Shown: positions 49,821-58,110 of the stretch, piece after piece
Layout of the letters: each line of letters starts with the position of its first letter
How positions within the stretch are numbered: position 1 is the first letter of the stretch
IMG/VR virus record: IMGVR_UViG_3300006155_000002
DNA: 64,000 bases
Source of the DNA: a virus
Lineage: Duplodnaviria > Caudoviricetes
Direction: 5' to 3' (one strand)
Notes under the pieces: model-generated
The model's input: the letters and a program-made list of their open reading frames with translations, nothing else
Databases searched by the model: none
What the model was told of the DNA's origin: nothing
Translations under genes and position numbers: made by a program

Positions 49821-50843
49821 GTGAGCAGGAAAACGAACCGCTGTTTGACGGCGCCACCTGAGAAAATCGCACAGATCAACCCGGAAAATATCAGACTGAT
49901 GAATGATTTCATTATGTATCTGCGCTCCGTGGACAGGTCTGAACAGACTATCGTGGTTTACAAGAATGATTTGCTGATTTTCTTCTGCTGGGTCGTAGAC
50001 AACGCAAACAACAAGTTCTTCACTGATATTTCCAAGCGCGACATCATGGCATTCCAAAATTATGCGCTGGGACAGGGGTGCTCTGCGAATCGTGTCCGGC
50101 ACCTGAAGGCCGCGCTTTCTTCACTGTCAAACCTTATCACAAATATTCTGGACGATGAATATCCAGACTATCGGCCGGTTGTCCGGAAGATCGAGAACCC
50201 AGTCAATGAGCCTGTACGCAAAAAGACCGTTCTGACTAAAGAGCAAATTCAGGGCTGTCTTGACTATCTGGTCGAACATAAAAAGTATGAGCAGGCGTGT
50301 TTCCTTGCACTGGCGGCGTATTCGGGCCGGCGAAAATCTGAGCTGGGTCGATTCAAAGTCGTGTATTTCTCTGATGAAAATATCATCTACGGTTCTCTGT
50401 ATAAGACGCCGGAGAAAATCAAAACCAAAGGACGCGGCAAGAGCGGAAAGATGCTGACATGCTATGTGCTCGCAAAACCCTTTAAGCCATACCTCGACCT
50501 GTGGATGGAAGAGCGCAAGCGGCGCGGCATTGACAGCGAATGGCTGTTTACGGACGTACACGACAAAACGCAGCCCATTACAGTATCCCGCATGAACAGC
50601 TTCGCCCGTACATTTTCCAGTATCATTGGTGAGGATGTATATCTGCACTCTCTTCGGCACTTTATGACGAGTGAACTGGCGAGAGCAAACATCCCGGATT
50701 CTGTGATCCAGTCTTTGATTGGATGGGACTCTGCGGATATGGTCGGTGTGTATAAGGACATTGACGCAGATGAAGAGTTCGGCAAATACTTCAAGGACGG
50801 CGAAATTGTCGCACAAAAACAGGCAGGTCTTGGAGACTTGTAA
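49821..50843 (+). CDS. Tyrosine recombinase (second copy)
   Basis: SAM-like N-terminus, SGRRKSEL, KTKG, HSLRH, IGW...VY. Confidence 0.9.
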   Translation: MSRKTNRCLTAPPEKIAQINPENIRLMNDFIMYLRSVDRSEQTIVVYKNDLLIFFCWVVDNANNKFFTDISKRDIMAFQNYALGQGCSANRVRHLKAALSSLSNLITNILDDEYPDYRPVVRKIENPVNEPVRKKTVLTKEQIQGCLDYLVEHKKYEQACFLALAAYSGRRKSELGRFKVVYFSDENIIYGSLYKTPEKIKTKGRGKSGKMLTCYVLAKPFKPYLDLWMEERKRRGIDSEWLFTDVHDKTQPITVSRMNSFARTFSSIIGEDVYLHSLRHFMTSELARANIPDSVIQSLIGWDSADMVGVYKDIDADEEFGKYFKDGEIVAQKQAGLGDL

Positions 50844-50851
50844 TATGTTGC

Positions 50852-50926
50852 TTAGCCATAGGCGGGGTGGGCTGCGGCCCTCCCCTGCACCCCTCCCATA
50901 GGGGTTTGAAGGAGGCGGCGACAGAT
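50852..50926 (-). repeat. Orphan inverted copy of the DGR IMH plus tandem hairpins
   Basis: Minus strand ATCTGTCGCCGCCTCC...CCCCTATGGGAGGGGT...GGGGAGGGC-CGCA-GCCCACCCC resembles 46592-46655. Confidence 0.6.
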
Positions 50927-51003
50927 AAGGATAAAAGGACGGGAGTCGGCTGTGCTGGCTCCCTTTGTATATAAAACCATCGTTTTACCGAGGAGGTGGT
51001 TTC

Positions 51004-52440
51004 GTGAACGAAGTTACTATTTGGAAATTTCTGAAAGCGCAAGGGCTGACCGACGCTGGCGCAGCAGGGCTGATGGGGAATATCTATGCGGAAAGCGGCC
51101 TGAACCCAAAGAATCTCCAGAATACATATGAGAAGAAGTTGGGATATACAGATGAAACATACACCGTCGCCGTGGACAATGGGACGTATACCAACTTCGT
51201 CCGAGACAGCGCTGGCTACGGCCTGTGCCAGTGGACATATTGGACTCGGAAACAGGCTTTGTATGCCTTCTGCAAGGCCATAGGAGCGTCTATCGGCGAC
51301 CTCAACGCCCAGCTCAGGTTCCTCATGAAAGAGCTCTCAGAGAGCTTTAAGGGCGTACTGGGGGTGCTTCTGACCACGGCATCCGTGCGAGAGGCATCCG
51401 ATGCTGTGCTGCTCCAGTTTGAGCGTCCGGCAAAGATGAATGACCCCGCAGTCCAGCAGAAGCGGGCTGAGTACGGGCAGACCTATTACAACCAGTTCGC
51501 CATTGTGGCGGCTGAGAGAGGAGATGACGTGAAGATGAAGTATGCTTCCGCAAATCCACCCATGAAGTGTTTCATGCGGCAAAGTACCTGGTACAAGGGC
51601 GCCGGGAAAACCACCGTCAGAGGCGTACTGTGGCACTCCACTGGTGCAAATAATCCGAACTTGAAGAGGTATGTCCAGCCGGATGATAATGCGTCAGACA
51701 AAGCGCAGATGCTGGCGTTGCTCGGTACGAATAACAGCCGCAACGACTGGAACCACAGCGAGCGGCAGGCTGGCGTTCATGCCTGGGTCGGTAAGCTCGC
51801 CAACGGAGATGTGACCAGTGTTCAGGTGGGAGATTGGGACAAAAAGGCGTGGGGCTGCGGCTCCGGCAAGAAGGGCTCCTGCAACAACGGCTGGATTCAG
51901 TTCGAAATCTGTGAGGACAAGCTGAACGACCCCGCCTACTTTGAGAAGGTGTATCGGGAGGCGGTCGAACTGACGGCCTACCTGTGCAAACTCTACAACC
52001 TCGACCCACAGGGGACGGTTACATACAGCGGAGTCAAGGTTCCCGTTATCCTGTGCCACCAAGACAGCTACCGGCTTGGGCTCGGCTCGAATCATGGCGA
52101 TGTTCTGCATTGGCTTCCGAAGTACGGAAAGAGTATGCAGACTGTTCGTGACGATGTCTCTGCACTTCTGGCGGGGGCAAATACCAATGTAGAGGAGGAT
52201 GAAGATATGGACGTAGCACGTTTCAAGGAACTCTGGGGCGAGATGCGCAAGGAACTCCAGGACAATGATTGCGGGGCATGGAGCAAAGACGCCCGTGAAT
52301 GGGCTGTATCTACTGGTCTGATTGCCGGTAACGGGACAACCATTAACGGCGAGCCAAATTGTATGTGGGCCGATGTACTCACCAGAGAGCAGCTTGTTAC
52401 TGTTCTGTACCGTTTTGCACAAATGATGGGTAAGGTGTAA
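51004..52440 (+). CDS. Modular endolysin: phage tail lysozyme + amidase_2 + SLH-like domain
   Basis: GLMGNIYAES/GYGLCQWT/FERP; WHSTG, AWGCG, QFEICED, HGD; TREQLVTVLYR. Confidence 0.88.
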   Translation: MNEVTIWKFLKAQGLTDAGAAGLMGNIYAESGLNPKNLQNTYEKKLGYTDETYTVAVDNGTYTNFVRDSAGYGLCQWTYWTRKQALYAFCKAIGASIGDLNAQLRFLMKELSESFKGVLGVLLTTASVREASDAVLLQFERPAKMNDPAVQQKRAEYGQTYYNQFAIVAAERGDDVKMKYASANPPMKCFMRQSTWYKGAGKTTVRGVLWHSTGANNPNLKRYVQPDDNASDKAQMLALLGTNNSRNDWNHSERQAGVHAWVGKLANGDVTSVQVGDWDKKAWGCGSGKKGSCNNGWIQFEICEDKLNDPAYFEKVYREAVELTAYLCKLYNLDPQGTVTYSGVKVPVILCHQDSYRLGLGSNHGDVLHWLPKYGKSMQTVRDDVSALLAGANTNVEEDEDMDVARFKELWGEMRKELQDNDCGAWSKDAREWAVSTGLIAGNGTTINGEPNCMWADVLTREQLVTVLYRFAQMMGKV

Positions 52441-52444
52441 TGCT

Positions 52445-52801
52445 ATGACCATCAAGATTGAGCGTGGGCAAAAGAAACCCAAGCGGCGCAGAAATAAGCG
52501 TCCAGGCATTGGTTTCACTAACCGGCTGGCGCTCTATCTGATGCTGTTTCTGGCAGCAGGGCTTGCAGGAGGTTTCATCCTCGCCTGGAAAAGCATCGAG
52601 TATCAGTATATGGGCGCTCTGGCTTGCTTTACTGTAGTATTCACCCCAGTGGGTACTGCTATTGGTATTGTACTGAACAGCATCGTACATAAGAGCGAAA
52701 CGGAGAACAAAGGTGCTGATGGCGAGGGAATCAAGTATGCTGCCGCGAAAGCAGCGGGATTTTCACAGGACGACGGGACTGAGGACAGCCCCGCAATTTG
52801 A
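52445..52801 (+). CDS. Two-TM membrane protein (holin-like)
   Basis: Two hydrophobic segments; lysis cassette. Confidence 0.55.
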   Translation: MTIKIERGQKKPKRRRNKRPGIGFTNRLALYLMLFLAAGLAGGFILAWKSIEYQYMGALACFTVVFTPVGTAIGIVLNSIVHKSETENKGADGEGIKYAAAKAAGFSQDDGTEDSPAI

Positions 52802-52813
52802 GGAGGAATGACT

Positions 52814-53146
52814 ATGAATATGGAGTGGGCAAAGTTAATTCTTTCTAATCTGACCGGAATTGCTGCTATCATCGCTCTGATGATCAGTATGGTAAAGTAT
52901 GTGCAGCAAATTATTAAGGACAAAAATTGGCCAGAGGTTGTAAAGATGGTCGCTGGATATATGGAACAGGCAGAGGACATGTTCGACAATGGAGCAAGTA
53001 GGAAAGAATGGGTTATGGCTATGGTTAAGGCTTCACCTGAAGCAGTTAAGTACGGCATCAATATGAGTGATATTGCTAAACTCATTGATGACCTGTGTAA
53101 GATGAGCAAGACGGTTAATGCGCCTACGGAGAAGGCAGGTGAGTAA
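52814..53146 (+). CDS. Holin (LL-H-like)
   Basis: N-terminal TM, then AEDMFDNGASRKEWV. Confidence 0.65.
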   Translation: MNMEWAKLILSNLTGIAAIIALMISMVKYVQQIIKDKNWPEVVKMVAGYMEQAEDMFDNGASRKEWVMAMVKASPEAVKYGINMSDIAKLIDDLCKMSKTVNAPTEKAGE

Positions 53147-53149
53147 GCT

Positions 53150-53617
53150 ATGAACCTTCAAGATATCATGACGAGCAGTGGAGCTCTGCTCGTTCTGATG
53201 ACACTGATTCAAATCGCGCCGATCAAGGTAAATCCATGGTCTGCAATCGGCCACGGATGCAAAAAGGTTATGTCTGCAATCGGTTCTGCCCTGCATGGAG
53301 ATATTATCGGAAAACTCGATAAACTCCAAGAGATGCAGACGGAGACACAAAAACGTCTTGACAACCATATTCACACCGACGATGAACGCAACGCTGATTT
53401 ACATAGGGTGCAGATTCTGCGTTTTAATCGAGAGTTGCTTCAGAATTTGCCTCATACACATGAGGATTTCATTGAAGCCCTGCATGAGATTGACTTCTAT
53501 GAGCGTTATTGCGAGACGCACAAGGAGTACGAAAATAACCGAGCCGTATTGGCTATTGAGAACATCAAGCGCGCCTATCGTGAGTGGCAGGAACATCACG
53601 AAGGACATGAGGCGTAA
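53150..53617 (+). CDS. Lysis-cassette membrane protein
   Basis: LIQIAPIKVNPW...ILRF...YERYC. Confidence 0.6.
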   Translation: MNLQDIMTSSGALLVLMTLIQIAPIKVNPWSAIGHGCKKVMSAIGSALHGDIIGKLDKLQEMQTETQKRLDNHIHTDDERNADLHRVQILRFNRELLQNLPHTHEDFIEALHEIDFYERYCETHKEYENNRAVLAIENIKRAYREWQEHHEGHEA

Positions 53618-53656
53618 CGCCGCACGCCCATACACCAGGGTATGGTATCAAAGTTT

Positions 53657-53696
53657 TAGGAGAGCGTCCATTTATGGGCTGCTCTCCTATTTTTTT
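53657..53696 (+). terminator. Terminator at the end of the late operon
   Basis: TAGGAGAGC...GCTCTCCTA followed by T7. Confidence 0.8.
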
Positions 53697-53859
53697 GCGC
53701 AAAAGAAGAAAGCGGAGCTAAGTTGCCGCAGCCCCGCCATGACGTAGATATTCACTTATAACATAGCCACAATCGTTTATGACTCTCTTGTAAATGAACA
53801 TCTGGTATGTATTCGTCTCAAATGATTGATTTGAGACGATTATGAAATAGGTAAGATTT

Positions 53860-53907
53860 CGCTGTATGTTGATTGTCCTGCTTTGGCGATACAATCAGAC
53901 TACAACG
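53860..53907. other. Candidate attP of the serine integrase
   Basis: 48-bp imperfect palindrome (17-bp arms, 13/17 match) centred on TT 53883-53884, next to the integrase stop. Confidence 0.45.
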
Positions 53908-53908
53908 C

Positions 53909-55420
53909 CTAAATCTTCCATGTAATTTCAACACGCTCCTCGTCCACTTTGATTGTATCAACCAGCGTGTCGATAACCACTAGCTTGTCGCTGATACTTA
54001 TTTCATTCCATTGGCGCAAATAGTCTTTGACTGCACCAACATCTTTCCTGCCGTAAATGTCTGCTGACATTTCAGCAATTTCTCTTTTTAGGACTACCTT
54101 CTCAGCATCCAGCTCCTCTATCTTCCGATTGATGTATTCCATTGTTGCAGAATTTGCAGATATAATCCTCTCTACAAGAATTTTAATCTCGTTCTCAATC
54201 TGATCTACCCTCACCTTTTTCTTTGTGACTTCCAAGCTGTCCTCGCGCTTTTCGTGCATTTGAAGTTCATTAAACTCTGCCAGCTTCTTCTGCATTTCAA
54301 GGAATACAATATCTTCTATTTTCTCTGCAGGAACAGCACCGATACCATCGCACGTCATAGCGACGTATTTCCTTGCACACACGTAATACCTTGCTGTATC
54401 TGCATATTTCCGTTTATACTCTCTGAGCGACAGCGCATATCCACATTTCCTGCATTTTATCTTACCCGCCAGCCACGTATTTTTGGCCTTGACCGGCTTT
54501 GCGATTTGTCTGACATTGAGACACTTCTTTCTGCACTGGAGCCATAGCGTTGAATCAATACATCCCATGTGTGGTGCCAGAACCACGATGTGTCCATCCA
54601 GCGATATAGACTTTCGTTTATCGGTATCCTCACCAGTATAGAGATAAACACCATTCATCCCTATAAACTGCGATATATCATTCACGATAACAGCCCCTTG
54701 GTTCTGGAAAAACTCATAGATCATGTCATCCGCTTTCAGATAGATTGGATTCACAATCACATCCCGTATTCGTGTTCTGCTGAAAGCTTCTCCGTCCCGG
54801 TTTCGTACTCCATGGTCGTACAGATACCGCATTACATCTGAAAATGATGTCTGTGGGTCTGAGTATAGGGAATAAATAAGCTTCACCACTTCAATCTCTT
54901 CTGGTATCGGCTCATACATACTGGTTTTGATACCATCTATCACTGTATCTTTCAAGCGAAAACCGTATGGAACACGACCGCCCATATAGAACCCCTTGCG
55001 GCTTCTTGAGCGGTATGCGTCAATTACACGCTGCTGTATTGTTTCGCGCTCAAGCTGAGCAAAAATCATGACGATCATCAACATCGCTTTACCTATCGGT
55101 GTCGATGTATCAAACCGCTCCGTTACTGATATAAACTCGACACCATATTTTTGAAACTCGTTGATAAGCTCAGCAAAGTCCAGAACAGACCGGCTGATAC
55201 GGTCGAGCCTATATACAATCACTCTGGTTGTGTCGCCAGCCTTAATGCGCTCCATCATACGCTGGAAGTCTGGCCTGTCTGTGTTCTTCCCACTGTACCC
55301 CTTATCCGAGAATGTCATGCACTCTGGAGAGGAAACCTCTTTTTTGCAGAGTTCAATTTGACTTTCAATAGAGATACTGTCCTCGCGGTCTACTGATTGT
55401 CTGGCGTAAATAAAATCCAT
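53909..55420 (-). CDS. Large serine recombinase/integrase
   Basis: YARQS, SGKNTDRP, RLDRISR, recombinase domain, Zn ribbon CRKC...C, coiled coil. Confidence 0.95.
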   Translation of the reverse strand: MDFIYARQSVDREDSISIESQIELCKKEVSSPECMTFSDKGYSGKNTDRPDFQRMMERIKAGDTTRVIVYRLDRISRSVLDFAELINEFQKYGVEFISVTERFDTSTPIGKAMLMIVMIFAQLERETIQQRVIDAYRSRSRKGFYMGGRVPYGFRLKDTVIDGIKTSMYEPIPEEIEVVKLIYSLYSDPQTSFSDVMRYLYDHGVRNRDGEAFSRTRIRDVIVNPIYLKADDMIYEFFQNQGAVIVNDISQFIGMNGVYLYTGEDTDKRKSISLDGHIVVLAPHMGCIDSTLWLQCRKKCLNVRQIAKPVKAKNTWLAGKIKCRKCGYALSLREYKRKYADTARYYVCARKYVAMTCDGIGAVPAEKIEDIVFLEMQKKLAEFNELQMHEKREDSLEVTKKKVRVDQIENEIKILVERIISANSATMEYINRKIEELDAEKVVLKREIAEMSADIYGRKDVGAVKDYLRQWNEISISDKLVVIDTLVDTIKVDEERVEITWKI

Positions 55421-55443
55421 GTTTTGTACTCCCTTTCTGTGCT

Positions 55444-55492
55444 AAAAAAAAGCAGAGCTCGCCCACGAAGGACGAAGCTCTGCTATTTTTTT
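55444..55492. terminator. Bidirectional terminator upstream of the integrase
   Basis: A-run, AGCAGAGCT...AGCTCTGCT stem, T-run. Confidence 0.75.
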
Positions 55493-55661
55493 ACGATGGT
55501 TGGTATTTGCTAAAGATGGAGTAGAGACGGTCTTCAACTTCCCGTTTTTGTTCATCTCTATCCTCTTTATGTATATTGGGAGTATTGTTGACTACGGTAA
55601 AAATAGATCCGCAGTGATTGACCTGGTGCTCGTCTGTGATATACTTTGGAATATCAATCAC
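55491..55661 (-). CDS. Small protein upstream of the integrase (candidate directionality factor)
   Basis: Open frame ...PKYITDEHQVNHCGSIFTVVNNTPNIHKEDRDEQKREVEDRLYSIFSKYQPS; start GTG 55661 or ATT 55652 after GAGGTGA. Confidence 0.55.
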   Translation of the reverse strand: MIDIPKYITDEHQVNHCGSIFTVVNNTPNIHKEDRDEQKREVEDRLYSIFSKYQPS

Positions 55662-55830
55662 CTCGCAAGAGAATCGCCAGAATAAAGGCGACGGCCGGAG
55701 GCATCCAGAGCGGCGCTAATACCAGCAACCAGCTCCATCTGATGATACCGAACAGTTTAAGAATGACGAATACGGCGGTCAATACCTTACAGTCAATTCG
55801 GAATATGAGCTTATTTGATTTTTTATCCAT
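55654..55830 (-). CDS. Small membrane protein, 58 aa
   Basis: LKLFGIIRWSWLLVLAPLW; TGATG coupling to dUTPase. Confidence 0.7.
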   Translation of the reverse strand: MDKKSNKLIFRIDCKVLTAVFVILKLFGIIRWSWLLVLAPLWMPPAVAFILAILLRGD

Positions 55831-56354
55831 CACTTTGCTCCTGTACTGCCGATGCCTCCATTTCTGACGGCAACAGCATTGTCGTTGTATGTGATACCGT
55901 ATGGGATGAAAATAGCCTGCATAAAGCCATCGCCAGCATCGATGCAGATATCTTTTCCTTCATTGGTATCGTTGGTGATCTTGGCAAAGATATGACCTTC
56001 ATTATCAGAGCCGTAATAGTCTTCATCGATCACGCCGATGGTGTTGTTAAGCTGCATCCGGTACTTGAACCCAAGACCACTACGCGGAACACACGCCAGC
56101 CACCATCCAGGCTCAATCTTTACCCGGATGCCAGTCGGAATTTTGATAGTATCACCTGGGTGCAGAGTAAAAGAGAAGGGGGCTCTGAAGTCATACCCTG
56201 CAGACCCTGACGTTGCCCGTGTCGGAAGTTTGATCTGCTCGTATAAGTCATGAACATACGCTTTATAAAATTCCCACTCATTTGCAATCGGCATATCCTT
56301 CATGGATTCAAGGAACTGTTCGAAGCTGACTTTTTCAAATTTTCCTACTTGCAT
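55830..56354 (-). CDS. dut: Trimeric dUTPase
   Basis: SAGYD, PRSGLG, GVIDEDYYG, RNGGIGSTG. Confidence 0.95.
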   Translation of the reverse strand: MQVGKFEKVSFEQFLESMKDMPIANEWEFYKAYVHDLYEQIKLPTRATSGSAGYDFRAPFSFTLHPGDTIKIPTGIRVKIEPGWWLACVPRSGLGFKYRMQLNNTIGVIDEDYYGSDNEGHIFAKITNDTNEGKDICIDAGDGFMQAIFIPYGITYNDNAVAVRNGGIGSTGAK

Positions 56355-56363
56355 AGTTTCTCC

Positions 56364-56861
56364 TTAATTCCGTGTACGTTTCCAGTAGTTCTTCATCTTG
56401 TATGAAGGATCATTTGTGACGTCCATTTTGCAGATACTCGGCGGTACAAAGTTATTTGCATCCTCTACGCTTTGGAATTCTACTTCTGCGTACATAAACT
56501 CTGTATCAGTGCCTTTGTCTACATGTGAGCATTCCAATATAAGGCCATCGATGTCATATATACTAAAATCCTTTTTGACAAATGGGTGTTCGACCATATC
56601 AGCCAGTGCGTAGAAGTATTCTTTTGAAATAGGAATCTCGACTTCACGGCGAATAAGTTCACCGTTCGATTTGATAGCGATGTAATATGAGACGTCTATT
56701 CCTTCAACAACATTCCTTCGAATTCTTACCTCTGGATCAATAGACAGATATGCTTGATAGACTTCTTTCCTCTCCAACATTGGCAAGGAAGTTGGTAATC
56801 TATCAATTAAGAACTTGCGTTCAATTTCTGTGAATTGGTTTTCCAACAAATCACTCCTCAT
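56364..56861 (-). CDS. CYTH-domain protein
   Basis: EIERKFL, EVRIR, AEVEF. Confidence 0.85.
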   Translation of the reverse strand: MRSDLLENQFTEIERKFLIDRLPTSLPMLERKEVYQAYLSIDPEVRIRRNVVEGIDVSYYIAIKSNGELIRREVEIPISKEYFYALADMVEHPFVKKDFSIYDIDGLILECSHVDKGTDTEFMYAEVEFQSVEDANNFVPPSICKMDVTNDPSYKMKNYWKRTRN

Positions 56862-57189
56862 ATCTAAATTCTGTGTGAGCTACAACAGAGTACAAGATGT
56901 CTGAGGAGATGTCTTTGTCATACAAAACAAAGTTGAACTTGTGTCCTCTTGCACTGTCTCCGGCGGATAAAAACCTGATGCTGCTTCCATTTTTGAAAGT
57001 TACATATCTGTCTTGTACTTTGGAAATGGCATCCTTTTCTTCTTCGTCTAAACATATCTCATTTACAAAGTCCATATAAACGCACTTTGCATCATGGATA
57101 AGTTTTGTAAAGACACCGACTCTGAATCCTGGTAGCTGCACACATTTTCTGATGGCTTTCAGTTCTTCAAGGTAGTCAAGCTGTACCAT
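56851..57189 (-). CDS. Small protein resembling a TerL ATPase fragment
   Basis: FKNGSSIRFLSAGDSARGHKFNFVLYD versus TerL FKNGSYIKVVTAADSSRGNRATVLILD. Confidence 0.6.
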   Translation of the reverse strand: MVQLDYLEELKAIRKCVQLPGFRVGVFTKLIHDAKCVYMDFVNEICLDEEEKDAISKVQDRYVTFKNGSSIRFLSAGDSARGHKFNFVLYDKDISSDILYSVVAHTEFRYEE

Positions 57190-57190
57190 A

Positions 57191-57430
57191 TCACTTGCGC
57201 CTAAAGATGTTGCTAATTACAGCAGCGCACACACCAATAACCGTAACAGCCAGCGTTGTAACAGCCATTACTACGCAAGGACCATCGACAAGCTCTACCT
57301 CACCTGTGAGAAGCTCTCCATCTTCACATTCACCACACGGAACTCCCTCTGTAGTTTCAGTGATTACCTTTCGATCCATCTTACCAGTTACTTCATTGTA
57401 GAAATACTGGATTTCAGTCTTCGTTTTCAT
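57191..57430 (-). CDS. Small protein with C-terminal TM helix
   Basis: GGAGG RBS; hydrophobic C-terminus. Confidence 0.65.
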   Translation of the reverse strand: MKTKTEIQYFYNEVTGKMDRKVITETTEGVPCGECEDGELLTGEVELVDGPCVVMAVTTLAVTVIGVCAAVISNIFRRK

Positions 57431-57439
57431 ATTGGCCTC

Positions 57440-57625
57440 CTATTCTGCACACTTGATATAAAGCCCGCAATGACAGGCGCCCTCTGTCATTTCTCGGAAT
57501 TCTTTACACATACATTTTGTATCTGCATTTTTTACCAGAGCACATGGGCAGTATCCATTGTTGGCTTTTAGCTGCTGTCTGATTTCATACACAAATTCTG
57601 TGTCAGGGTTCGTTGTGATTCTCAT
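57440..57625 (-). CDS. Ferredoxin:thioredoxin reductase catalytic-subunit-like protein
   Basis: CPC...CMC...CHC motifs. Confidence 0.8.
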   Translation of the reverse strand: MRITTNPDTEFVYEIRQQLKANNGYCPCALVKNADTKCMCKEFREMTEGACHCGLYIKCAE

Positions 57626-58110
57626 TATGAAATCCTCTCTGCATATTGATTATCACTTGCGAGGGTAACGCCAAGAACATCATCAAACCGGCTTGTACTA
57701 TTCGGTACGAATCGTCCAAACTTTACAATAATGTTCTTATAAGCAGATAGTGTCTTGAGCTGCTCCTTTATCTCCTCTGGGTAATAGCCTGTATAGATTA
57801 CAACATCGTCGTTGCACCTAAAGACAAGCCGTAAATCATGAATAACTTCTTCCATCTCATTAAACTGCTCGAACGGTTCCAGACCACCAAAAATAACTGC
57901 CTCGGTAACTTTATTGGCGAGGTATCGTTCACACAGTTCACAACTGTCAATAGTGACGGGGGCGCGTGAGCGCCACCCGTCATTCTGACAGACAGATGTA
58001 GGTATTCCTGCTTCTATGCAGCATTTGCCGCCGCAGGATATTGCGCCGATGAACATTGACGGTTTCTTGTAATCATCGAACCGTTCATCAACAACAGTGA
58101 GGACTCGCAT
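57625..58110 (-). CDS. nrdG: Anaerobic RNR activase (radical SAM-like)
   Basis: CGGKC...CQN, GGLEP, YTGY, KFGRF; adjacent to nrdD. Confidence 0.85.
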   Translation of the reverse strand: MRVLTVVDERFDDYKKPSMFIGAISCGGKCCIEAGIPTSVCQNDGWRSRAPVTIDSCELCERYLANKVTEAVIFGGLEPFEQFNEMEEVIHDLRLVFRCNDDVVIYTGYYPEEIKEQLKTLSAYKNIIVKFGRFVPNSTSRFDDVLGVTLASDNQYAERIS

